Below are positions 48,567-58,176 of a stretch of 64,000 nucleotides of DNA, in pieces. The stretch spans positions 148,164-212,163 of the forward strand of contig CAZLHU010000001.1 in assembly GCA_964559765.1 (NCBI GenBank), given 5' to 3'. A model generated the notes under the pieces. The model made no database searches. It saw only the letters and a program-made list of their open reading frames with translations, and was not told where the DNA came from. A program made the position numbers and the translations under genes. Each line of letters opens with the position of its first letter. The first letter of the stretch is position 1. The DNA is from an uncultured Candidatus Saccharibacteria bacterium (GTDB taxonomy: Bacteria; Patescibacteriota; Minisyncoccia; UBA6257; Colwellbacteraceae).

Positions 48567-49223
48567 GTATTTAGTTAAAAAGGCCTTGCCCGTCATTAGC
48601 AACAAACGACTTATATCATTGCTATAGTAATAAATTGTTGCGCATCCGGGATAATTCTTGCGTACTCTATGGCCGGTATTACTTTTCAAATAAGGCCTAA
48701 TAAATTGCTTCTTTGGAATATTAGTCTCTTGTGACCAGAATTCAAGCTGTTTATTGATGTTGTGGTATTTGTGTAAATGTAGACCAACCCGGAATTTCCT
48801 CTCATCTAAATCGAAGCTATTTCTAAATAATTTAAGGAAAGTCTTTATGACTAGGGGATCAGAATTAGTGAAACGAACCCCGCCATATTGATCTTTTGCG
48901 CCCTCACACCAATATAATAATGAGCATATGAATTTAGACGATATTTTATCTATGCTTAGCTGATTTAATTGAGACTTAGCTTCTATAAGATATCTATTAT
49001 TAGTGACGCTAACCCTTAATCTCTTACTCTCCGCCCCTAATAATTGTCCCCTCTTAATTTTCGACAATAATCTATCTTCAGCTTTTTTATTGAGTTTTAT
49101 ATTTCTAGACCAATCAGAAATAGTCGTCTTGGGAACCTTTAATTTAAGATTAATCTCACTTAAAGAGTACCCTCTTCTTTTTAGGTTGAGCGCTTCGTCT
49201 CTTATTTTAATCGGGTATGCCAT
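48546..49223 (-). CDS. HTH plus single-motif LAGLIDADG-family protein (degenerate motif 'LLYWCEGAK'); its 3' end overlaps tRNA-Trp
   Basis: Collinear similarity to the first domain of the 28608 endonuclease: FAYAIGLIATDGSL...MIKTFKQCLN versus FICSLLYWCEGAK...VIKTFLKLFRN. N-terminal HTH 'RGYSLSEINLKLKVPKTTISDW'. Confidence 0.45.
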   Translation of the reverse strand: MAYPIKIRDEALNLKRRGYSLSEINLKLKVPKTTISDWSRNIKLNKKAEDRLLSKIKRGQLLGAESKRLRVSVTNNRYLIEAKSQLNQLSIDKISSKFICSLLYWCEGAKDQYGGVRFTNSDPLVIKTFLKLFRNSFDLDERKFRVGLHLHKYHNINKQLEFWSQETNIPKKQFIRPYLKSNTGHRVRKNYPGCATIYYYSNDISRLLLMTGKAFLTKYGGIVQW

Positions 49224-49290
49224 ATTAGGTTATGTAACCATAATAACATATACGAATTAATAAAGGTTCCAGAGCCGAAAATAGAGATGG

Positions 49291-49779
49291 TTAAGCGCCA
49301 GGCACCTCTGGCGCCGTCCGCGGCGCCCTGGCCAATAAGACGCTCGACGCGAATAATAGGAGCGTTATTAACGCTGATCCGAGGCAATACATGCACAGCG
49401 AATGTATCACCGATACTTGAAGATAGGCCAGGAAGCCAGAAGTTATCAAGCCGATAGTGGTGATGCATAAAATAGCCCACAGAACACCCCTCCGAGCTTT
49501 GTCTGAGGTGATGATGTATATAGTCAGGAATAATATTGATAGATAATACAGAACGCCGAAGAGGGCCGTGGGAATTGGTCCCAGGGTGGCGTATTTACTT
49601 GTAAGCACAACCTCGCACCCGTTCAACATGCAGGGAAGGGGCAAGCTCAGATAATGTTCCGCGGTCAGATACGAGGCATCCGCGAATCCCAAGAAGCTCA
49701 GGATCGCTATAACGACTGACCAGATGTTAAGACCCTGTGGCCGAGAGGGCCTGGTCGATGTCTGATTTGAATTGGTCAT
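49291..49779 (-). CDS. Vitamin K epoxide reductase (VKOR) family membrane protein
   Basis: 'CMYC' CxxC active site in a four-TM core, and a loop Cys pair 'PCMLNGC'. Confidence 0.8.
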   Translation of the reverse strand: MTNSNQTSTRPSRPQGLNIWSVVIAILSFLGFADASYLTAEHYLSLPLPCMLNGCEVVLTSKYATLGPIPTALFGVLYYLSILFLTIYIITSDKARRGVLWAILCITTIGLITSGFLAYLQVSVIHSLCMYCLGSALITLLLFASSVLLARAPRTAPEVPGA

Positions 49780-50419
49780 AGCTGGTTGGGTTGGAGATCT
49801 GTTTCAGGTTGATGAAGAACGTCGGCGTATATTGAAGTGGTACGGCGTTTCCGCTGCTGATATCACTTTGAATTTTATTTAGTACCTTCGCCGAGTTCAT
49901 GTCCGTATTTAACTGTGCGACATTAATTCCAAGGGATGACGCATAGTTGTCGAAGAACTGACTTACAACAGTAGATGTTGGGGCCGCTGACCATACGCTT
50001 TGATTCTCATATAGCGCATCATGCATCTGCCAGTACTTTCCCTGCAGGCCAGCCGCTTCTGCGGCCTGAGAGGCCAGTGGGGCATCTGCGTGCTGTGGGA
50101 GAGGATAGTTCCTGAAGGCGAAGGCTATTTTGCCGCTGTACGCAGCAACCAGCTGTTTAACCATAGGATAATAAGCGCCACAAGCGGGACATTGGAAATC
50201 ACCGTACTCAATAAGCGATACCTTCGCATTTAGATTGCCTTCGGTGTTGTCTGATGAAGTTATCGCCGGAACCAATGTAGAAGATATGGGAGTCGTCTGT
50301 GTAGTGGGTGGCTGCATTATGCCGAGCACAATCAAACCAGCTGTCGCTAGAACGACTATCACAACAACTATCCAGATTATCAGCTTTGTATTTTGGTTTG
50401 GCATATTGTCTAGAGCCAT
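49727..50419 (-). CDS. DsbA-like thioredoxin-fold thiol:disulfide oxidoreductase, membrane-anchored
   Basis: 'YGDFQCPACGAYYP' with the CPAC active site. Confidence 0.8.
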   Translation of the reverse strand: MALDNMPNQNTKLIIWIVVVIVVLATAGLIVLGIMQPPTTQTTPISSTLVPAITSSDNTEGNLNAKVSLIEYGDFQCPACGAYYPMVKQLVAAYSGKIAFAFRNYPLPQHADAPLASQAAEAAGLQGKYWQMHDALYENQSVWSAAPTSTVVSQFFDNYASSLGINVAQLNTDMNSAKVLNKIQSDISSGNAVPLQYTPTFFINLKQISNPTSYDQFKSDIDQALSATGS

Positions 50420-50532
50420 TGAAACTCGGCGGTTAGACCACTAATTGGTCAGAGATTATTTTACCTGAAATTTTCGATATTCGATACTTTTATTATGGGA
50501 TGGGGTTTGTAATGCGGGCGTGGTTGAAATCC

Positions 50533-51384
50533 TTATTTGGCCAATGTGTCAGCCCATTCAGATTTAACGTAGTCCTCTACCGCCCGATTCCACGGCCCCA
50601 TGAGGTTGGTTTTTGACGATAGCGTCTCGTTGATAGGCCGGTTCGCATCCAGGTTAAAGAATGAAGATGGCACCGAATTGACCTTAACGTTCGGGCGTAC
50701 CAGATCAACGATCTTCTTAGCGACGTCGAATCTGGAAGCTGTGCCTGTGTTTGCAATATGGTACGTCCCTCGCGAATCGTGTTTTATCAATTCTTTGATG
50801 CCTGCCACCAAGTCTTTTGCATATGTCGGCGAGCCAATTTGATCATTTACCGCATTGATCTCCTTAATCTCAGGCTTCATGAGTTGGGCGATGATTTTTG
50901 CGACGAATTTTTTGTCCCGTTTAGGACCCCCTCCCATCATCCAGCAAGTGCGCACTATAAGATGGTCTTCTAATATGCCTCTGATAGCTGATTCTCCCAG
51001 GAATTTCGAATAGCCGTAGTAATTTTGAGGGTTTGGGACGTCATCTTCCCCATATGGGCCCTTCTTCTCCCCATCAAACACTCCTGCGGTCGAGATATAT
51101 ACCAATTTGGCTCCACCCCGCCGGGCCGCAATTGCGAGATGATAAGCGCCAATCCCGTTTATAAGATATGCATCCTTCGGATTCCGTTCGCACCAATCGA
51201 CGTCTGTTGCTGCCGCAAGGTGTAGGATGGCTTCGGGCTCATATTTCTTAACAGCCGACAAGACCTCCTCTAGATTGGTTACATCGAGAGACCGATGGTC
51301 AGTCTTGATTCCAAAGTCGACATAGGAACCAACCATACCGTCCGCGCCTGTAATTAGAATTTTGTCGAAAGATATATTTCTCAT
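50533..51384 (-). CDS. rfbD: dTDP-4-dehydrorhamnose reductase-like (RmlD family)
   Basis: 'ILITGADGMVGSYV' and 'YGYSKFLGE' (the YxxxK). Confidence 0.8.
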   Translation of the reverse strand: MRNISFDKILITGADGMVGSYVDFGIKTDHRSLDVTNLEEVLSAVKKYEPEAILHLAAATDVDWCERNPKDAYLINGIGAYHLAIAARRGGAKLVYISTAGVFDGEKKGPYGEDDVPNPQNYYGYSKFLGESAIRGILEDHLIVRTCWMMGGGPKRDKKFVAKIIAQLMKPEIKEINAVNDQIGSPTYAKDLVAGIKELIKHDSRGTYHIANTGTASRFDVAKKIVDLVRPNVKVNSVPSSFFNLDANRPINETLSSKTNLMGPWNRAVEDYVKSEWADTLAK

Positions 51385-51391
51385 GGTTGTC

Positions 51392-52105
51392 CTATGAACT
51401 CCGCTTTGAGGCCCATATAGTTGTTTTTAATAGCGAATCAAATGTTCCCGCATCCGACCAGAAGCCGTTTACTGTCCGATATGTCAATGCATTCGCTGAT
51501 ATGTACTTGTTGTGCAGGTCTGTGACTTCAAGTTCGCCTCTCGCTGATGGGGTAAGCTCCTTTATCTTCGCGAATACGTCAGGATCGTACAGATACAGTC
51601 CCACGATTGCCAGATTCGATTTGGGTTTCTTTGGCTTCTCTTCTGTGCCGATGATTTTGCCGGACTTAACCTCCGCCACGCCGAAGCGTTCCGGATCGGA
51701 TACCTCTTTGACGAAGACCATGGAACCTTTCTCGCGCTCAAACGCTTTGAAGTCCTCTGAAAAATTATCCTCAAATATATTATCCCCAAGAATTACAGCC
51801 GCTTTTTCTCCGTCCACGAAATCCTCCGCAAGGCTGAGGGCTGCCGCGATTCCCTCGGCCCCGTTCTGCAGGGCGTAGGATAGCTTAACGCCGTATTCCT
51901 TGCCGGAGCCCAGGAAATTCATGAAGTGGCCGGCGTGCTCTTTGCCGCATACGATCATAATCTCGTCGACGCCTGCGGTCTTCAGGGTGTCGAGTGGATA
52001 GAGGATCATCGGCTTGTTGTAGACAGGCAATAGATGTTTGTTGGTGATAAGCGTCAGCGGACGCAGGCGCGTACCGAACCCCCCGGCTAAGATGACTCCT
52101 TTCAT
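51392..52105 (-). CDS. rfbA: Glucose-1-phosphate thymidylyltransferase-like (short RmlA)
   Basis: 'MKGVILAGGFGTRLRPLTLITNKHLLPVYNKPMI'. Confidence 0.8.
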   Translation of the reverse strand: MKGVILAGGFGTRLRPLTLITNKHLLPVYNKPMILYPLDTLKTAGVDEIMIVCGKEHAGHFMNFLGSGKEYGVKLSYALQNGAEGIAAALSLAEDFVDGEKAAVILGDNIFEDNFSEDFKAFEREKGSMVFVKEVSDPERFGVAEVKSGKIIGTEEKPKKPKSNLAIVGLYLYDPDVFAKIKELTPSARGELEVTDLHNKYISANALTYRTVNGFWSDAGTFDSLLKTTIWASKRSS

Positions 52106-53163
52106 GACTTATTTTTATTATGAATATGGTGAGCTTCCCAAAGGTCGATATGGGGATTGAAAACTCCTGTTTTTTGCCTAACTTTCTCCACCCACTCCTT
52201 GTTGTCTAGGTACCAGTCTATGGTTTCACGGAAAGCCCTCTCGAAATCGTAACGGGGTTTCCATCCAAGTTCCCGCTTTATTTTTGAAGCATCTATGGCG
52301 TATCGGCGGTCGTGTCCTGGCCTATCGGGAATGAACTCCAGCTTTTTCCTGCTCTGTTTGAAATATGCCAAGATCATCCCCGCAATCTGCAGATTGTTAA
52401 GTTCGTTGTCCGCGCCCACGTTATAGACTTCTCCCGGTTTGCCCTTGAACAGGGATAGTCGAAGAGCTTCGCAGTGGTCGAGGACGTACACCCAATCCCG
52501 CACGTTCTTGCCGTCGCCGTAAATAGGAAGCGTCTTTCCCTCCAACATGCGCAGGACAAAGAACGGAATGAGCTTCTCCGGGTATTGGTATGGCCCGTAG
52601 TTGTTCGAACAATGGGTCACCACGACCGGAATGCCGAACGTATGGAAATACGCGCGGCACAGCACGTCGCCGCCAGCCTTAGTCGCGGCGTAAGGAACAT
52701 TGGGGGCAAAGGGCGTGCTCTCCTTGAATTTATCGCGCGAACCCAGCTGCAAGCTTCCATATACCTCGTCCGTCGAGACCTGGACGTATTTTTTGATGCG
52801 GGGATGTGATTTGACCGCTTCCAAGATGTTGAATACGCCGGTTATGTTCGTGTCGATGAATTCCTTTGCGCCGACATGTATGCTCCGATCGACGTGCGTT
52901 TCCGCCGCGAAGTTGATGACGAAGTCCGGATCGAATTTTTTGAACGCGTTCGCTACCGCTTTCGGATCTCCGATATCTCCTTTTACGAAATGATATCTGG
53001 GCTTATTCCGGATATCTTTCAAATTATCCAGATTTCCGGAGTACGTCAGCTTATCGAAATTCAGGATAGAAACATCGCTGTCTTTTTTGAAAAGATGATG
53101 GATAAAATTTGATCCGATGAACCCGGCACCGCCAGCGACAAAAATTCTCTTTTCCGCCATGTG
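52102..53163 (-). CDS. rfbB: dTDP-glucose 4,6-dehydratase
   Basis: 'IFVAGGAGFIGSNF' and 'YAATKAGGD'. Start moved to the internal MAEKRIF; the track ORF has a 56-aa unsupported extension. Confidence 0.85.
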   Translation of the reverse strand, partial: HMAEKRIFVAGGAGFIGSNFIHHLFKKDSDVSILNFDKLTYSGNLDNLKDIRNKPRYHFVKGDIGDPKAVANAFKKFDPDFVINFAAETHVDRSIHVGAKEFIDTNITGVFNILEAVKSHPRIKKYVQVSTDEVYGSLQLGSRDKFKESTPFAPNVPYAATKAGGDVLCRAYFHTFGIPVVVTHCSNNYGPYQYPEKLIPFFVLRMLEGKTLPIYGDGKNVRDWVYVLDHCEALRLSLFKGKPGEVYNVGADNELNNLQIAGMILAYFKQSRKKLEFIPDRPGHDRRYAIDASKIKRELGWKPRYDFERAFRETIDWYLDNKEWVEKVRQKTGVFNPHIDLWEAHHIHNKNKS

Positions 53164-53311
53164 TGATAAAATAATACAGCGATTCTCGCAGGACGGCAAA
53201 ATAATATAGTCAGAAAAAGGCTCTAGAACAGGGATTTTATGGGTTCTGCGCATATTTCTGCTCTGTAACACCCGATAAGGCCTGCGTCTCAAACTAAACA
53301 AAGTAACTTCA

Positions 53312-54286
53312 ATGGCTGAAAAGGAAAGCACAATAAATCATCGCTTAGTAAGCGTAATCGTACCGGCATTCAATTCATCCTTCTTAGGGGCGACGATAGA
53401 GAGCGTCGTCCGACAGACGTATCCGGATTGGGAGTTGATAGTCGTCGATGACGGCTCAACCGACAACACGAAAAGTATCGTGGAGGAGTTTATGCGAAAG
53501 GACAAACGGGTCCGCTATATTTACGAGGATAATGGGGGCCAAGGGAAAGCCAGAAACACCGGCATCAAGAATGCGCGGGGAGAGCTGGTGGCGTTCCTGG
53601 ATCACGACGATGTATGGCTCCCGGAAAAGCTCAGCACGCAGGTGAAGGTTATGGAAGACGAGAATTGTGTATTGGCCACGTGTGAAAGCGCGGTCTTCAA
53701 TAGCAAGAGCGGGATATGTGATAGGATCGACAGTTTCACTCTGGTAAGCGAACTCATTGCGCGTAAGTTCGTATTCGATGAGATAGGTTTTTTTGACGAG
53801 GATAGGAAGATGATAGGGTTCGATGACGCAGCCATCGCCCTTTCATCGCGAAAATACTTTGAAGACCACAAAGAAAAAAAACAGATTAACATTCCCAAAA
53901 TCCTCGTACTTTACCGTTTGCACGGGAATCAAACTTCGCAAAAACCGGCGTTCATAGAGAGTATGATTTATTTTCACAGGAAATATGAGGAACAAATTTT
54001 AGAGCAGTCGTCAGCGCCGGAAAAAAGATATAGCGGTCTAGCGAGTCTGTTGATCCAAAATGGTAGGGCGGCAGAGGCTAGAGAGTATCTCGGGATGGAT
54101 ATGCGCACCAAATTTACCGTTCGGGACGGGATATTCTTCATATTGAGCTTTCTTGGGCGCAGGATGAGCTCTTTCATCATATCAGTCATGAAGTCTGCTA
54201 GGACGGTTCTGTGGAAGATTAGATTTATCGGAAGATTCGGCAGGCCAGTCGTAAAAGTCGGTTATTTTTACCAGTATGAAATATAA
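53312..54286 (+). CDS. Family 2 glycosyltransferase
   Basis: 'VSVIVPAFNSSFLGATIESVVRQTYPDWELIVVDDGSTDNT' and a DxD 'LDHDD'. Confidence 0.85.
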   Translation: MAEKESTINHRLVSVIVPAFNSSFLGATIESVVRQTYPDWELIVVDDGSTDNTKSIVEEFMRKDKRVRYIYEDNGGQGKARNTGIKNARGELVAFLDHDDVWLPEKLSTQVKVMEDENCVLATCESAVFNSKSGICDRIDSFTLVSELIARKFVFDEIGFFDEDRKMIGFDDAAIALSSRKYFEDHKEKKQINIPKILVLYRLHGNQTSQKPAFIESMIYFHRKYEEQILEQSSAPEKRYSGLASLLIQNGRAAEAREYLGMDMRTKFTVRDGIFFILSFLGRRMSSFIISVMKSARTVLWKIRFIGRFGRPVVKVGYFYQYEI

Positions 54287-54319
54287 TCCAAAGTGGTAAG
54301 TGGGCTACCTTATGTGTAG

Positions 54320-55606
54320 GTGATTATGGAAAACAGCAGCGCAAAAAATATTATCCGGGCCTTTGTCTCCTTCTTTAAGATAGTCGTCTTCGACAGAGTA
54401 TTCTCCTTCTTTGTAGTGACTTTTCTGCTTAAGAAAAAGAAGGCAGACAATGTTCTTATCGTCTGTGGCGGCGGGGTGGGGGATATGGTTGTCGCTACAG
54501 CCGTTCTTAAACAGTATAAGGAATATTACAAAGGCAGGAAGATATACCTGCTTTGCAACAATCAGAACCACCCTAACGAAATTCTGGACCACTCCCTATT
54601 TGAGCGCTCTATAGAAATTATCTTCGGCGATTTCAAGAGACATCCCCTATATGCCATTAATATTGCGCGACAATTAAATGATATCGGTTTCAAGACCGCG
54701 ATCTTCAACGTCACAACCGGGCTTGCCAGGCTGTCGCCTCTTTTCTATCTTACCGGCGCAGAGGAAATATATGGATATGAAGGTGAAGCGTACTACCGCG
54801 ACATCACCCTAAGCCAGGATCTAAATATCTGGGTCGAGAATAAGATGATCTTCCCACTTATCAAAGGGAGGTTCACGAATATGATAAGCAGTATACCGGA
54901 GGAAAGAGAGAATAATGTGCTTGTTTCTACATTGAAGCATCAGAAGAAACTGCTTGAGGGCATAACTCATCGCACCTTCGGCAACCTAAGCACCAATATC
55001 CCCTCTGCGGATCCGAATAATATTTCGCCGGAGGTGAAGGAGGCTGCCAAACATCCCTTTTTCCTCGTCGCTCCGGGGGCTGGAGCGGCTTATAGACGGT
55101 GGCCGGTAGAACGCTTTGCGGATGTTTGCAAAGACGTCACAGACAATAATCCAAACTTCGTCCCGGTGATCGTAGGCCTGGAAAAAGAGAAGGATATAAG
55201 CGATAGCTTGGCGGCTAAACTTCCAGGTTCCATAAACCTATCTGGCAAGACGACGATAAACGATCTTAAATACTTAATAAAGGAAAGCCTTTTCCTATTT
55301 TGTAACGATACTGGATTCGTGCATATGGCGATAGCTTTACAAAAGCCCAGCGTGGCTGTCGTGGGCGGTAATGTTGGCTACATCACCCATTACGGATATA
55401 AAAAAATCAATCGCTGGGTCTGCGACAGGAACGCTGTGTGTCTATTTGATAATTGGCGGTGTTTGAGGTCGAGTGTGGGCGCGGTGGCCCCCTGCATCGA
55501 TTCAATCTCGGCTTCAGAGGTGTCTGAGGAGGTGAAGTCACTCTTAAATTACTTGAAAAAATCCGATAGCCACGACATTATGGAATTTTCGTTTTGGGGG
55601 ATATAA
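54320..55606 (+). CDS. Family 9 glycosyltransferase (heptosyltransferase-like)
   Basis: 'VLIVCGGGVGDMV' N-terminal motif; C-terminal 'GNDTGFVHMAIALQKPSVAV'. Confidence 0.7.
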   Translation: MIMENSSAKNIIRAFVSFFKIVVFDRVFSFFVVTFLLKKKKADNVLIVCGGGVGDMVVATAVLKQYKEYYKGRKIYLLCNNQNHPNEILDHSLFERSIEIIFGDFKRHPLYAINIARQLNDIGFKTAIFNVTTGLARLSPLFYLTGAEEIYGYEGEAYYRDITLSQDLNIWVENKMIFPLIKGRFTNMISSIPEERENNVLVSTLKHQKKLLEGITHRTFGNLSTNIPSADPNNISPEVKEAAKHPFFLVAPGAGAAYRRWPVERFADVCKDVTDNNPNFVPVIVGLEKEKDISDSLAAKLPGSINLSGKTTINDLKYLIKESLFLFCNDTGFVHMAIALQKPSVAVVGGNVGYITHYGYKKINRWVCDRNAVCLFDNWRCLRSSVGAVAPCIDSISASEVSEEVKSLLNYLKKSDSHDIMEFSFWGI

Positions 55607-55624
55607 TCTGAGTGAATTAAATAT

Positions 55625-56365
55625 ATGGCTGGCCCACATACAGAGAAACCGGAAATAAATAGAACTGTCCTTATAACCGGCGCTACTTCGGGCCTAGGAA
55701 CGTATCTGGCGCATGCGTTTGCACGTGCGGGCTATGTCGTCGTGCTTCATGGCAGGGATGAGGCAAAATTAAGGGCGATAAAAAATCAGGTCTTGGATAA
55801 AAATAGGATTAGTTGCGCTACGGTTGTCGGGGATCTGCTCGACGCAAAGGGGCTCAGCGCCGTATTGTCGGCGATGCGCACACAAGACATAGATATACTT
55901 GTTAATAATGCCGGTATCGATCCCGAGCTGACCTCTGGTGGCGTTAAGGGCGATATAAAGGACATAAACGCCATCTTTTCAACGAATGCCACGTCCGCTA
56001 TAGCTTTGTGCTACGGCGCTTTTGAACATTTCCTTACTAAAGGAGGTGGCGATATCGTAAATATGAACTCCGTAGCTGGGATGAGGGGAAGTGACCATGA
56101 ACCTCTCTACGCCGCTTCGAAGTTCGGCCTGCGCGGATTCTCTGAATCGGTCAAAGAAGCTTGGCTGAAGCAGGGGATAAGGATGACGGATATATATTCC
56201 GGCGCGATAGCTACCGGTATGGCCTCTCACAGGCCGGACGTTAAGGATCTCATCGACCCGCAGGAATTAGCCGAGTTTATCGTCGGGCTATGTGCGCCAG
56301 ACAGTTTTTTTGTTAGAGAGATTAGCGTGCAGAAGACTAAGAAGAAACCTGAATCGGGTAAATAA
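55625..56365 (+). CDS. Short-chain dehydrogenase/reductase
   Basis: 'VLITGATSGLG', 'NNAG', 'YAASKFG'. Confidence 0.85.
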   Translation: MAGPHTEKPEINRTVLITGATSGLGTYLAHAFARAGYVVVLHGRDEAKLRAIKNQVLDKNRISCATVVGDLLDAKGLSAVLSAMRTQDIDILVNNAGIDPELTSGGVKGDIKDINAIFSTNATSAIALCYGAFEHFLTKGGGDIVNMNSVAGMRGSDHEPLYAASKFGLRGFSESVKEAWLKQGIRMTDIYSGAIATGMASHRPDVKDLIDPQELAEFIVGLCAPDSFFVREISVQKTKKKPESGK

Positions 56366-56379
56366 TACAAATTATACCA

Positions 56380-57417
56380 ATGAAAGCAGCCGTATTAGAG
56401 GAGATAAACGCGCCACTTACCGTTGCTAATGTCGAACCAGGCGAACTGTTGTTCGGCCAAGTGTTGGTTAGGGTTCTGGTAAGCGGAATATGCGGTGCTC
56501 AACTACAGGAAATAGCCGGCCAGAAGAACAATGCAAAGTTTGTTCCGCACCTTTTAGGACACGAAGGATGTGGCATAGTTGATAGTATTGGTCCGGGCGT
56601 CACTAAGGTAAAAAAAGGAGATAAGGTTGTAATGCATTGGCGTAAAGGTGACGGCATAGAAGCTGATTTTCCGAGCTATACCTTTAAAGGTAAGACAATG
56701 CGAAGCGGCAAAGTTACCACCTTCAGCGAATATTCCATAGTGTCAGAGAATAGAATAACTCCCGTGCCGCAGGATGTGTCTAATGATTTCTGCGCACTTC
56801 TGGGTTGCGGCCTTTCCACGGCATTGAGCGCCGTTGCCAATGAAGCCCAAATAAAGCCCGGAGAAAGCGTTATGATCGTAGGCCTAGGGGGTCTGGGTAC
56901 GTGTTTCATGAAGGCCGCGCATTTCTCTTGCGCCAGTCCGATAGTCGGCGTGGACGTATTCGACAATAAAAAAGAAATGGTCAAGGCGCTGCACGGCAAC
57001 CTGTTTATAAATAGTGCTAAGGATAATATTTTAGAGACCATCCAGCGCGAGTTGGGTATAAAGGATTTTGATGTTGTCATTGATACATCGGGAAACGCGC
57101 GGGGCATAGCGGACAGCATCCCGCTTGTGGGTAACGACGGCCGATTTGTTATGGTGGGCCATATAAAGCCCGGAGAAAGCGTGGAGCTTAAGATGGCGGA
57201 TCATCTTTTCGGTGGGGCAGAGGGGAAGACTATTAAAGCGACCCAAGGCGGAAGGTTTTCGCCGAGCAAAGACATTCCGCGCTATGTTAAGTTGTATCAG
57301 GCGGGGCTGTTGGATATAGACAACCTCATAACCCATCGCACCAAGTTGGATGACATAAACGGCGCCATCGATATGATGCGGGCCGGCAAGGCAAATCGAA
57401 TCGTCATTGACCTATGA
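56380..57417 (+). CDS. Zinc-dependent medium-chain alcohol/polyol dehydrogenase
   Basis: 'GICGAQL...GHEGCGIV' (zinc site) and 'VGLGGLG' Rossmann. Confidence 0.85.
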   Translation: MKAAVLEEINAPLTVANVEPGELLFGQVLVRVLVSGICGAQLQEIAGQKNNAKFVPHLLGHEGCGIVDSIGPGVTKVKKGDKVVMHWRKGDGIEADFPSYTFKGKTMRSGKVTTFSEYSIVSENRITPVPQDVSNDFCALLGCGLSTALSAVANEAQIKPGESVMIVGLGGLGTCFMKAAHFSCASPIVGVDVFDNKKEMVKALHGNLFINSAKDNILETIQRELGIKDFDVVIDTSGNARGIADSIPLVGNDGRFVMVGHIKPGESVELKMADHLFGGAEGKTIKATQGGRFSPSKDIPRYVKLYQAGLLDIDNLITHRTKLDDINGAIDMMRAGKANRIVIDL

Positions 57418-58175
57418 AACACCTGAAGGAGAATATTATAAGAACAGCTACTGAAGCTAACGAGGGCCATATACCAGCAGCTCTTTCTATATTGGATATA
57501 CTGTGGGTTCTATATGATCGCATTCTTGGTATTACACCTGAGAATTTCTCTAATCCAGATCGGAATAGATTTATTCTAAGTAAAGGACACGCTGCAATAG
57601 GTTTGTATATTGTTCTTGCGGAAAAGGGATTTTTTAAATTAGAAGAACTGAAGAATTTTGGTAAATTTGATAGCCGTTTCGGCGGACACCCCGATCGAAC
57701 AATGGTGCCGGGAGTCGAGGCTTCTACTGGCTCCTTAGGCCATGGGTTCCCAATGGCCGTCGGTTTGGCTCTAGGGGCAAAGATAAAAAGGGCCCCGAGT
57801 AAGGTATACGCGATCGTCGGTGATGGCGAGTGTAATGAAGGGACGATCTGGGAGTCTGCTATGCTTGCGGCGCATAATAAACTCGACAATCTATATTGCG
57901 TCGTTGATCAGAATCATTCCGGCGACCCGGCACTCAACCCCGGCGATATGAGACAGAAGTTTGAATCATTTGGCTGGCAGGCGGTAAGAATAAACGGCCA
58001 CGACCAGGAAGAAATATACAAAGCGCTAACGCAAAAGAGCGTTGGTAAGCCGATAGCGATCATCGCTGAAACAATCAAGGGTAAGGGGGTTAAGATAATG
58101 GAGAACAGCGCCGAATGGACTCATAAATATCCAACCAAGGAGCAGTTGGAAGTGATGATAAAAGAATTGGAATAA
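57414..58175 (+). CDS. Transketolase, N-terminal (TPP-binding) subunit of a split enzyme
   Basis: 'SKGHAAIGLY', 'GSLGHGFPMAVGLA', 'VGDGECNEGTIWE'. Confidence 0.9.
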   Translation: MKHLKENIIRTATEANEGHIPAALSILDILWVLYDRILGITPENFSNPDRNRFILSKGHAAIGLYIVLAEKGFFKLEELKNFGKFDSRFGGHPDRTMVPGVEASTGSLGHGFPMAVGLALGAKIKRAPSKVYAIVGDGECNEGTIWESAMLAAHNKLDNLYCVVDQNHSGDPALNPGDMRQKFESFGWQAVRINGHDQEEIYKALTQKSVGKPIAIIAETIKGKGVKIMENSAEWTHKYPTKEQLEVMIKELE

Positions 58176-58176
58176 T

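Noticed and set aside
52102-53331. Full 409-aa extent of the rmlB ORF
   Set aside because: The first 56 aa have no counterpart in RmlB and would erase the divergent promoter region. The internal Met preceding the GxGxxG Rossmann motif gives a canonical 354-aa enzyme.
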